The position numbers and the translations under genes are program-made. The notes below the pieces were generated by a model, which saw nothing but the letters and a program-made list of their open reading frames with translations, made no database searches and was not told the DNA's origin. Positions 9,191 through 17,102 of a stretch of DNA of 64,000 bases are shown piece after piece. The stretch's first letter is position 1. Each line of letters begins with the position of its first letter. This stretch comes from an uncultured virus (IMG/VR IMGVR_UViG_3300025896_000027) (Duplodnaviria; Heunggongvirae; Uroviricota; Caudoviricetes; Schitoviridae): IMG/VR virus record IMGVR_UViG_3300025896_000027; one strand, 5' to 3'.

Positions 9191-9667
9191 TTAGCTTTCA
9201 GGATTCAATAGTTGTACGGTGCGATAGATCTTGCCGTACTCTTCTTGATTGCTCCAGGGAAGCACTGTGATTAGCTCATGATGAGCACGAACAGCTTTAG
9301 TAAGTGCCAAAGGATCGTCTATCAATTCCATGAGTTCATTTAGATCCGGATTGATTTCGTTTTCGTAGATTTCCTTCCAGACAATTTCACCTTCTGGTGT
9401 GAAGCGTAAGTACTCAGTTCCACTATTGAACTCAGAGCCTTGTTCCCAAGTTTTATCATAAGAAATTCCGGCTTTGGTAAGTAAAAGCGTAAAACCAAGT
9501 TCCCCATAGTTGCACTCACAGAACGTGTATGTAGTGAGATCAATACCTGAAGAACTGCACTTCATCTCATAAACAGAATCGCTTTCGTAGGTGAACAACT
9601 TCTTTGCTTCATCATCTTGAGAAGACAATATCGTCAGGTGAACGGAAACTCTATCGCCCATGATCAA
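9191..9667 (-). CDS. hypothetical protein (AT-rich)
   Basis: 158-aa ORF with GGAG upstream. Confidence 0.65.
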   Translation of the reverse strand: MIMGDRVSVHLTILSSQDDEAKKLFTYESDSVYEMKCSSSGIDLTTYTFCECNYGELGFTLLLTKAGISYDKTWEQGSEFNSGTEYLRFTPEGEIVWKEIYENEINPDLNELMELIDDPLALTKAVRAHHELITVLPWSNQEEYGKIYRTVQLLNPES

Positions 9668-9676
9668 CTCCGCTGC

Positions 9677-9901
9677 TCATACTTCATCCGTGAGGATAGG
9701 CAGAGAGGCATCAACGGTCTTGCCGTAGTTTTCCAGACGCTTGATGTTCTCTTGGTAGTACTCGGCCATCTTCTTGTTGTAGGCAGCAGAGGACTGATGT
9801 TTGAGAAGACGACGCTTATCGTCCTCCAATTGTTCTTTGGCCAATGAGGCAGCAGAGTTGTTGGTGAAATAGCCCCAGAGGCGTTTGATTGCTTTGAACA
9901 T
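9677..9901 (-). CDS. hypothetical coiled-coil protein
   Basis: 74-aa ORF with TGAAAG RBS. Confidence 0.65.
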   Translation of the reverse strand: MFKAIKRLWGYFTNNSAASLAKEQLEDDKRRLLKHQSSAAYNKKMAEYYQENIKRLENYGKTVDASLPILTDEV

Positions 9902-9964
9902 GGTGTTGCTTTCAGTGAGTGACGGGGGGTGTTGTAGATGCCATTTCCATGGTCATCATGGTTT

Positions 9965-9990
9965 GAAGAGAACCCCGTAGGGTTCCCTTC
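9965..9990 (-). terminator. stem-loop with C(UACG)G tetraloop after the AAA ATPase (weak terminator or processing site)
   Basis: GAAGAGAACCC-CGTA-GGGTTCCCTTC; U-tract is poor. Confidence 0.45.
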
Positions 9991-9997
9991 TTGACGA

Positions 9998-11011
9998 TCA
10001 GTACAGCTCGTTCGCGTTCTTGGCGATCCAGGCTTGCATGGTCGGCGTTGACATCAGTGCCTTGTTGCGACGAATGGCTTCACGCAAGCAAACCACTTGG
10101 AACTCCACAGGGAGACGGTTCACGTACTGCACCAGCTTGGCGATGTTGTCAGCATCTGCATGGTTGGCGATGGAACCAGTGATGGCGAACAGCACGCTTG
10201 GATCATTCGACACCATGGTACCCATGGGATCAGTCACGATCTCAGCAATGCTGGGCAGCGACTTGTAGATCTGCATGAAGGCCATGAGTTCCGTAGCCAC
10301 ACCTTCACTCAAGGCACCAGCAAGCATGGGCCTGCGTTCAGGCGAACTGTCTTCGGTGACCTTCAGAATTTGATCAGCAAACTTCCAGGTCCGAGGACAG
10401 GCATAGGTGCAGTCCGTGTGGTCTGGATTGAAGTTGTGCAGGAGGTCAGGACGGAAGCGAATGAAGGAACAGATCCGGTGATCGATGTTCACACTCGCTG
10501 CCCAGTCCAGCCATTCATCTTTGTCCACAGCGATCTCCAAGTGAACCAGACGAGATTGCAGAGCAGTGCTCATCGATTCCACGATGGCGTTGTCTGACTC
10601 CAGATTGCCTGCTGCCACCACAGCCACATTGGGATGCAACTTGTGGTTACCCACCATGCGATCCAGGATGATCTTGTATGCAGCGGCTTGGATACTCTTG
10701 GGTGCAGAGGTCAGCTCATCCAGTAACAGAAGCCAGCCGTTGTAGCCTTTCGGAATTTCATCCGACTCGATGGGGAAGGTTTCCATCGGCACGTAGCCAG
10801 CCTTGCTCCCTTGGATCTGAGGAAAGCCGAGCATGTCGGTTGGATCGCACTGAGCAAGGCGAAGGTCGATGACCTTCAAGCCAAAGTCAGCAGCGATCTT
10901 GTGAATGATGTCGGACTTACCAACACCAGGACTGCCCTTCACCAAGGGAACCAGCTTGGCTCGGATGAGCTGGGTAATGATGGTGATGGCAGCAGAGATC
11001 TTCACTTGCAT
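9998..11011 (-). CDS. AAA+ ATPase, MoxR-like (N4 gp24-like)
   Basis: Walker A GSPGVGKS, DLRLAQCDPTD, Walker B LLLDE, AAGN, STALQSR, CPRTW. Confidence 0.9.
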   Translation of the reverse strand: MQVKISAAITIITQLIRAKLVPLVKGSPGVGKSDIIHKIAADFGLKVIDLRLAQCDPTDMLGFPQIQGSKAGYVPMETFPIESDEIPKGYNGWLLLLDELTSAPKSIQAAAYKIILDRMVGNHKLHPNVAVVAAGNLESDNAIVESMSTALQSRLVHLEIAVDKDEWLDWAASVNIDHRICSFIRFRPDLLHNFNPDHTDCTYACPRTWKFADQILKVTEDSSPERRPMLAGALSEGVATELMAFMQIYKSLPSIAEIVTDPMGTMVSNDPSVLFAITGSIANHADADNIAKLVQYVNRLPVEFQVVCLREAIRRNKALMSTPTMQAWIAKNANELY

Positions 11012-11024
11012 GATGGGCACTTTC

Positions 11025-11150
11025 TTACCAGAATTTGTTGATGAAATGGATGGCGACGTAAATCAAGCCACTAAGCATTGACAGAACGAACACCGCCGAA
11101 ATGACGATGATCAGCTCGATCAAGGTAAAGCCGCTTTGATGTTTACGCAT
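11025..11150 (-). CDS. 41-aa prepilin-like microprotein (class III signal peptide plus hydrophobic helix only)
   Basis: MRKHQSG|FTLIELIIVISAVFVLSMLSGLIYVAIHFINKFW; GAAAG RBS; stop is just upstream of the ATPase start. Confidence 0.8.
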   Translation of the reverse strand: MRKHQSGFTLIELIIVISAVFVLSMLSGLIYVAIHFINKFW

Positions 11151-11190
11151 GGTTTTTCTTTCGATGAAGGGTAGGAACTTGGGGGCGGGT

Positions 11191-11421
11191 TTAGTTACGC
11201 AGGCCAGCTTTGCGAGCTTCCTTTTTGGCACGGTTGGCGAGCTTCTTGTTCACTTCTTCCAGCTTGACTTCACCGACCTTGCGGCCTTCGGTGTCACGAA
11301 TGAAGTGCTTGCCATGACGCAGGCTCATAGCTTCGTTGTAGACCGACCAGGCAGGCGTGGTGGGCTTCATCAGTTGGACGCGGTTGGCGTTGCGAGCGAG
11401 AGTGGTTGCAGAGGTGGTCAT
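11191..11421 (-). CDS. basic hypothetical protein
   Basis: 76-aa Lys/Arg-rich ORF with TGAAAG RBS. Confidence 0.7.
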   Translation of the reverse strand: MTTSATTLARNANRVQLMKPTTPAWSVYNEAMSLRHGKHFIRDTEGRKVGEVKLEEVNKKLANRAKKEARKAGLRN

Positions 11422-11448
11422 GGGGATGTATTTCTTTCAGAGAAAATG

Positions 11449-11470
11449 AAAAAGGGGCCGAAGCCCCCTT
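11449..11470 (-). terminator. intrinsic terminator with C(UUCG)G loop
   Basis: Minus strand AAGGGGGC-TTCG-GCCCCTTTTT. Confidence 0.85.
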
Positions 11471-11491
11471 GAAGTTTATGGAGAGAATAGC

Positions 11492-11893
11492 TTAGCTGTC
11501 CAGTTCCTTGAGACGTGCTTGGATCTGTTCAGGCGTGAGAGCCTTCAGAGCAGCATCTTGGTGATCGGCCAAGGCACCCAGGAGCTTCTCGCGTTCAGCA
11601 GCCTTGGCAGCTTTCAGGCGAGATTCCTCGTTCGCAGCCAGCTTCACAGCGATGACATGCTTGACGATCTCCAGACGGAGTTCACAGATGGCCTGGGCAG
11701 GGTTGTTGGTAACCTTGACGAAGCTTTCTTCCGTCACCGTCTTCAAAGTGCTGTTGACAGCCTTGGCCACGGTGTCCAGGTCGAAGCCTTGCTTGCTGGT
11801 GAGAGGCAGATCCCACAGATCTTCGGTGGACAGGTCACCTCGGTTGGATTGGAAGCGCAGCTTCAGCTTGGATGCTTGTTCGAAAATGTTCAT
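11492..11893 (-). CDS. conserved phage hypothetical protein, coiled-coil C-terminus
   Basis: MNIFEQASKLKLRFQSNRGDLSTEDLWDLPL...; TGAAAG RBS. Confidence 0.8.
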   Translation of the reverse strand: MNIFEQASKLKLRFQSNRGDLSTEDLWDLPLTSKQGFDLDTVAKAVNSTLKTVTEESFVKVTNNPAQAICELRLEIVKHVIAVKLAANEESRLKAAKAAEREKLLGALADHQDAALKALTPEQIQARLKELDS

Positions 11894-11902
11894 GATGTTC
11901 TT

Positions 11903-13966
11903 TCAGAATTTGACATTGAATGTCTTGTTGATCTTGGTGCCTTGGACCTTGACGGTCACAGTGTCACCACGGGTGGATGAGAAGCCAAGACCACTGAGTT
12001 GGTCCTCAATGGGTTGGCACTTGGTCTTGTCTCCCAAGATTTCGAAGACCTTGCGGTGCTTCTCAAGGTTGGAATTCAAGAACTCGTTGTAGATGCCACG
12101 AGTTGGCTCTGGGTTCTTGCAACCTTCCAGGATGAAGAAGTGGTGCTTGTTGCCCACGGTGTTGTCATCCCAAAAGTTCGGGCTGAACATGAGGGTGTTG
12201 ACCTTCACAAATTGCTCGGTGTTGATACCCCAAACATTCTGTGAACTGACTGAACATGGCAGATGGTGTTTGATCGTGAAAACACCTTTCTTCAGGTTCA
12301 CTGTTGCAACAGTCACCCATTCCTTTTGCTTCAATGGCTTGATGTATTCGTATTCGAACACTTGACCTGCAAATTCGATCTCAGCCTTGAAACCAGCTTC
12401 GGTTGGTGGACGATTGCTCCAGTTGTGGACCTTGCAGATGTAATCTCCTTCAGGCATGCGAGCCAGATCGGGGAACGTGATGTTCTCTACTGGCACATAG
12501 CCCACAGGTGCGGGTTGCACATAGTCCACGTCTTGAACACCTCCTGATGCCATATCAGATCGATTGTTCCAGCCAACCCGCTTGGAGTTGCCATAGATGT
12601 CGTTGACAGGGTTGCCTTCCGAGATCGTGGAACCGGGCATGAAGACATGCAGGTCCATCAGAGAAGCATTGCGCTTGTCATAGTTCCAGGAGTGAGAGAA
12701 ACGGAAGACTCCATCGACACGACCACCACGGCCCTGAACTGCCTTGCGGATTTCAGAATCAGCGATGTTGCCGTTGTAACTCCAGGCGAAGTCGTTGGCC
12801 CACTTGAAGAGTTTGTCTTCGCTCTCATGAACCGGAGCCGTCAGACTCATGAAGTTGCTTTGGTGAGCGTTCTTCACCAGAAGTTCCATCGACACAGCAT
12901 TGGGTACGACACCCTTCATGAAGTCATCGATGCTGATGTCTTCTGCCTGGTCCACCTTGATTGTGGTCTTGGCTGAAGCCATGAGGACATCAGCAATGCC
13001 ACCCTTCATCTTGCCCTTGACCGAGTTGTCCACCCAGAGGACGTTGTTGACGTTCACGTCACTGATCGTGGCAAAGCGACGTTCCAGGGCTGCTTCCAGA
13101 TCCAGTTCCTTGATGGTCTTCATCGCATCTTCGACCATGCGAGGCGTGATCAGAGCCGTAGGACGCTTGTAGTTGGCGGGTGCCACCTTGGCCTCAAACG
13201 AGCGCACAGCGGCTTCCAGGGGCACGCCTGAGGACAGATCCTGGACCAGGGTACCGATGACGGTGTTGCGGAAGCGTGAAGCAGGCGAGTCAGCATTGGC
13301 CCAGGCAAAGACATTCTTGCTGGCTTCATCCTTCAGAGCCAGGTATGCCTTCTGGGCTTTTTGGAAAGCCACGATAGCAGCCTTGTGCTCTTCACCACGG
13401 TACAGCGAGTTGCTGGCAATCAGGTCCAGCACATCGGTCAGAGCCTGAGGCAACAGCTCTTCCAAGCCACGTTGGAAGACTTGAACGGTGGTAGCGTAGG
13501 AGCCGCACACTTCACCGGCTTTGGTGCTCTGGTGCTTGGAAGCAACCTTGCCATGGAAGTGTTTCCACTTCTTGACCAAGCCATCTTCCTGAAGCTGCTT
13601 GGTTTCCTCGGCACCGTAGGTGCCTTCCTGGGTCCGGAACAGGCTGGTGATGGGGTGACCAACCACCAGAGCATCCAGGGCCTTGGCGACCTCGCTGTAC
13701 GGGTACTCAGCACCCTTCACGTTCCAGACCGACTCGGCCTTGCCATTGATGATGGCCACCACATTGCCGATGTTCCGGATGAAGTTCTTGCAGCAAGTGC
13801 AATCGTGCTCGGTGTTGGTCTTGTAGATCGGGTTGGTGCCTTCAGGGAAAGCAGCCAAGTAGGCTTCCGAGAGTTCATGACCGTCAACGGTGACGAACAG
13901 CTCATGCTTGGACAGCTCAAGGAAGCGAGCATGGATGAGTTTGGAGAAGGTGCTGAATTGAGGCAT
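11903..13966 (-). CDS. large conserved phage protein (687 aa) with HDCxCC motif
   Basis: Start MPQFSTF after AGGA; EHDCTCCKNFIR; FSHSWN...DLH and DVDY...VENI segment (DUF2135/YfaP-like); strongly biased codon usage. Confidence 0.85.
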   Translation of the reverse strand: MPQFSTFSKLIHARFLELSKHELFVTVDGHELSEAYLAAFPEGTNPIYKTNTEHDCTCCKNFIRNIGNVVAIINGKAESVWNVKGAEYPYSEVAKALDALVVGHPITSLFRTQEGTYGAEETKQLQEDGLVKKWKHFHGKVASKHQSTKAGEVCGSYATTVQVFQRGLEELLPQALTDVLDLIASNSLYRGEEHKAAIVAFQKAQKAYLALKDEASKNVFAWANADSPASRFRNTVIGTLVQDLSSGVPLEAAVRSFEAKVAPANYKRPTALITPRMVEDAMKTIKELDLEAALERRFATISDVNVNNVLWVDNSVKGKMKGGIADVLMASAKTTIKVDQAEDISIDDFMKGVVPNAVSMELLVKNAHQSNFMSLTAPVHESEDKLFKWANDFAWSYNGNIADSEIRKAVQGRGGRVDGVFRFSHSWNYDKRNASLMDLHVFMPGSTISEGNPVNDIYGNSKRVGWNNRSDMASGGVQDVDYVQPAPVGYVPVENITFPDLARMPEGDYICKVHNWSNRPPTEAGFKAEIEFAGQVFEYEYIKPLKQKEWVTVATVNLKKGVFTIKHHLPCSVSSQNVWGINTEQFVKVNTLMFSPNFWDDNTVGNKHHFFILEGCKNPEPTRGIYNEFLNSNLEKHRKVFEILGDKTKCQPIEDQLSGLGFSSTRGDTVTVKVQGTKINKTFNVKF

Positions 13967-14309
13967 TGAATTTCCTAACGAATGGAGGGACGGAAAAGCG
14001 CTCTGAGCGTCTTTTCTGATTGGTTTGATGGGTAACCATCTCCAGGTGCTCTTTACGCCAGCAGAGATGGTCGATTTGCTTGGTACCAGGGATGAAGCCA
14101 AAGAAGTGGGTGTAAGCCACCAGATGGACTGCAACGGTTTGCCCGTTGAGAGACATGCGACCGTAGCCACCACCACGGCCAGTTCCTGAGGTAGGGCCAG
14201 TCCATTGGAAACATGGACTGTCTATCCCGTCGATCTTGAAACCAGTGTTGATGACTTCAGTACGTTCCTGGATACGGTCAATGATGGATTGGCGACGATC
14301 AAAGGTCAT
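13917..14309 (-). CDS. HNH nuclease-like protein (N4 gp22-like), apparently with an internal deletion
   Basis: PCFQWTG...GYGRM...VAVHLVAY...IDHLC-WRK-EHLEMVTHQTN. Confidence 0.75.
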   Translation of the reverse strand: MTFDRRQSIIDRIQERTEVINTGFKIDGIDSPCFQWTGPTSGTGRGGGYGRMSLNGQTVAVHLVAYTHFFGFIPGTKQIDHLCWRKEHLEMVTHQTNQKRRSERFSVPPFVRKFNASIQHLLQTHPCSLP

Positions 14310-14324
14310 CGTCAGTGTTCTTTC

Positions 14325-14831
14325 TTAATCAGTAGCTTGTGAATTGATAAGAGCCTGTAGCTGTTGGTACTTCGTGAAGATGTCAGTACGAGTCAGGTTC
14401 TCGATCAACTCCTGAGCATCACTATTTGCAACATGAATAGCGATTTCACGAACAGCAGCCTTCAATCTTTGCTTGTACTCAGCAACCATTTCAGATTGCA
14501 CTTGTTTCTTTAAGGTTGCGCTCAACTCTGGCATTTTGACTTGACCTAACCATTCCTGAATAGCAGCTTTCTGGACTGTAGTTAGATAGTCTCCTGCCAT
14601 AGAAGCACCATTTCTGCCATTGCAATGATCGAGTCTCCATCGACCATCCCAAGAGTCTTGTGTAAAGCCAAGAAGAGAGAGAAGGATCTTTTGGGATCCT
14701 TTTTCCAAAGTCTCATGAACTTTCTTCGTGATTTGTTCAGGAGTGTTGGCTTCTTTCCAGGATGACAGTGCATCCACCATCAAAGGGAAGACTTCATCGA
14801 TTGGTGAGTTGATTGGGGTTGGATCCGACAT
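14325..14831 (-). CDS. hypothetical protein
   Basis: 168-aa ORF (LLGF...WRLDHCNGRNG). Confidence 0.7.
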   Translation of the reverse strand: MSDPTPINSPIDEVFPLMVDALSSWKEANTPEQITKKVHETLEKGSQKILLSLLGFTQDSWDGRWRLDHCNGRNGASMAGDYLTTVQKAAIQEWLGQVKMPELSATLKKQVQSEMVAEYKQRLKAAVREIAIHVANSDAQELIENLTRTDIFTKYQQLQALINSQATD

Positions 14832-15033
14832 CGTTCGCTTTCAATAACTCAGACAACAGTGTGTTGTGGTAGGTGAACAGCAAGGAAGTGAGTTCATTCT
14901 TGCTAGTGATGGGCAACTTTGACTCAGCGAGGTCTACAACCTCTTGCAAGCTCCCTAGAGTAGGGAAGAGAGTCAAAGGAACTGCCCGGATGGGCAGTTG
15001 AAGAGAAGACTGTTCTTGTGCAGGTTGGTTCAT
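14794..15033 (-). CDS. hypothetical protein
   Basis: 79-aa ORF (...LFTYHNTLL), ATGA overlap with the upstream gene. Confidence 0.65.
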   Translation of the reverse strand: MNQPAQEQSSLQLPIRAVPLTLFPTLGSLQEVVDLAESKLPITSKNELTSLLFTYHNTLLSELLKANDVGSNPNQLTNR

Positions 15034-15422
15034 GGGGAGTAGTGCTGGCTGAAGAGCAAAGAACGTACAAAACGTTCCAGTAACTTGGAGAAGAACCCTT
15101 GAGGTTCAGGTTGATATGGTTGAGCCAGTTTCTGCCAGTCGGCATAGCACTTAGGCTCAATTGTTTTATGTGTGCTGTTCACCCGTTGTTGAGGCAATGG
15201 AATGGGATCACACACCAATACATCCTCAAAGAAAGAGGCTTGGGTGTCTTGTGCTTCCCAGTACTTGTCAGATCCGTAGGCATAGGTACCCAGCTCATTC
15301 AGGATTCTGGTGACAGTGCTTCGGGACACCTTCCACTTCTTGGAAAGCTCAGTGGTTGTGAGGACAGCAGCTTCTTCTGAGAGCTGGATCTTTTCATCGT
15401 CGGTCAACAGGCGGACAGTCAT
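15030..15422 (-). CDS. HTH-domain protein
   Basis: TTTELSKKWKVSRSTVTRILNE helix-turn-helix; AGAAAG RBS. Confidence 0.7.
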   Translation of the reverse strand: MTVRLLTDDEKIQLSEEAAVLTTTELSKKWKVSRSTVTRILNELGTYAYGSDKYWEAQDTQASFFEDVLVCDPIPLPQQRVNSTHKTIEPKCYADWQKLAQPYQPEPQGFFSKLLERFVRSLLFSQHYSP

Positions 15423-15536
15423 GATGGTCTTTCTATCGGTTGAACATGGTCAAAAAATTAAATTCTGAAGAGTCAGAATATCGGTTTCAGTAGTTTTAGA
15501 AGTCTGAGAGAACTTCTCAGAAGTTCTAAGTTGAAC

Positions 15537-15571
15537 AAAAAAAGAGGACAGACCCTTTCGGATCTGTCCTC
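15537..15571 (-). terminator. intrinsic terminator after RNAP II
   Basis: GAGGACAGA...TCTGTCCTC stem followed by a long T-tract on the minus strand. Confidence 0.85.
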
Positions 15572-15606
15572 CTACATCATCGAGCGGCAGGATGCCGCAT
15601 GCCTAC

Positions 15607-16851
15607 TCAGGACAAACCATAGTTACTCTGACGAATCAGATCACCTAGGTTAGAAGACAGCTTCTGGAAGGTTCCTGGAGTGCCATGGATCTGGCTCAGG
15701 AGATCATCCAGGACATTGCTGTCAGCGATTTCAGCCAGGATCTCTTTGTACCAGTAGCGGACACGATTCATGTTATTGGCATGAGCCTTGAATTCATCGT
15801 GAACCGTTACCAGAGCAAATGGCTTGTGAGTCAACATGGCTTTGATAATCTTAGACAGCTTTTGCAGATGTTCAATCGTCAAACCACTAACCGTTGCCTG
15901 ATCCAGATAAGGCAGGATTGTGATATCAGCCAGAGTACTCCGGTTATATTGTTCAATGTAGTATTCCAATTTGGAAGTATTGAACTCCTTGGTTCCTTTG
16001 TATTGGTGATCTCGTAGACCGAGTTCATGGTCAATGCATTGATCCACATAGCTCACAAGTTGAGGGTCGTAGTTACAGCGACGATGCATAGTCCTCAGGA
16101 CATAAGCATCCATGCTGTGGGTCAGATTGGCCACATTACTCAGACCGGATTTGCTCCCGATATTCTCGTAGGACTCATAGGTGAAGGTAGCGTGATCCAG
16201 CTCGTCTACCTCGATGCGAGCCTCTTTCTTCTGCATGACCTTGACCCGTGCATCGAAGCCATCAGGGAGCTTCCAGGCGTGTTGCAGGGCATAGGGTTGC
16301 CAGGATGCCAGGAGGTCTTGCAGCAGCTCCCAGGCCCCTGGAGCAATGTTGAAGGCGGCTTGGTAGAAGGCATTGAGTTCAGGAGTCTTCTCACCGAAGA
16401 TGTCCTTGGGTGTCTTCTTGGAGCCGTAGAAACTCGTCATCAGTCCCTGTTTTGCGTCCTCTCGTGAGACGTTGAGGATATCCCCTAGGATGTGCTCCAT
16501 TTCCTTCGTACAGGCCGTGTATGCGTCTGCACGGACATTGGGATCCACCAAACCAGTGGCGGTAGCTCCGGCAATGCAGCCAGTCATGGCAGACATGACC
16601 TGGATACCTGAGCAGACAGCATCGAAACCAACAAGGTGACCTGTTGGGATACTAGCTTGGGCCTTACGGATTGCCATGACAGCCTTGATATACAAGGGAC
16701 GTGTCTTCTTCTTGGCTTGAGGGATGAGAGCTTCCAGCTTGGAAAGGTTCTCAGTAGCCCATTGAATTCGTTCTTCGAACAAGAGCTTGTCTAGTCCAAA
16801 GTTATTGGCAGCATCGATCAAGAGGTACTGCCATGCAGTAAATTCCATCAT
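15607..16851 (-). CDS. N4-like RNA polymerase II, catalytic subunit (gp16-like)
   Basis: FGLDK..FEERIQW, motif A FDAVCSG, motif B REDAKQGLMTSFYG, ANLTHSMDA, motif C TVHDEF. Confidence 0.95.
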   Translation of the reverse strand: MMEFTAWQYLLIDAANNFGLDKLLFEERIQWATENLSKLEALIPQAKKKTRPLYIKAVMAIRKAQASIPTGHLVGFDAVCSGIQVMSAMTGCIAGATATGLVDPNVRADAYTACTKEMEHILGDILNVSREDAKQGLMTSFYGSKKTPKDIFGEKTPELNAFYQAAFNIAPGAWELLQDLLASWQPYALQHAWKLPDGFDARVKVMQKKEARIEVDELDHATFTYESYENIGSKSGLSNVANLTHSMDAYVLRTMHRRCNYDPQLVSYVDQCIDHELGLRDHQYKGTKEFNTSKLEYYIEQYNRSTLADITILPYLDQATVSGLTIEHLQKLSKIIKAMLTHKPFALVTVHDEFKAHANNMNRVRYWYKEILAEIADSNVLDDLLSQIHGTPGTFQKLSSNLGDLIRQSNYGLS

Positions 16852-16864
16852 AGAGTTCTCCCTT

Positions 16865-17092
16865 TCAGGTGATTAGTAGGAATATGGTTTTTATATGAGC
16901 AGGAACTTCTTCGAATGGTATTGAACACCAACCTGGCCCATCTTTGACATCACTTATATTTGACCATATAAACCATTCATCCCCATCTTTAGAATGGACG
17001 CACCCTCCTAAAACTCGACAGGATTCTGGTGCGCCATTAGTTCTAATCCCTGTGGTAGAACCATCAGGTTTAAATCCTAAGTATTCGGACAT
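16865..17092 (-). CDS. AT-rich 75-aa hypothetical protein between the RNAP II subunits
   Basis: MSEYLGFKPDG...; AGAAAAG upstream; visibly lower GC than its neighbours. Confidence 0.6.
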   Translation of the reverse strand: MSEYLGFKPDGSTTGIRTNGAPESCRVLGGCVHSKDGDEWFIWSNISDVKDGPGWCSIPFEEVPAHIKTIFLLIT

Positions 17093-17102
17093 ATGATTCT
17101 TT

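Noticed and set aside
11449..11470. CCGAAG hairpins at 11449 and 20430 as extra vRNAP promoters
   Set aside because: They pair as four-base loops reading C(UUCG)G on the transcribed strand with T-rich tails, and lack the CC..CAT consensus
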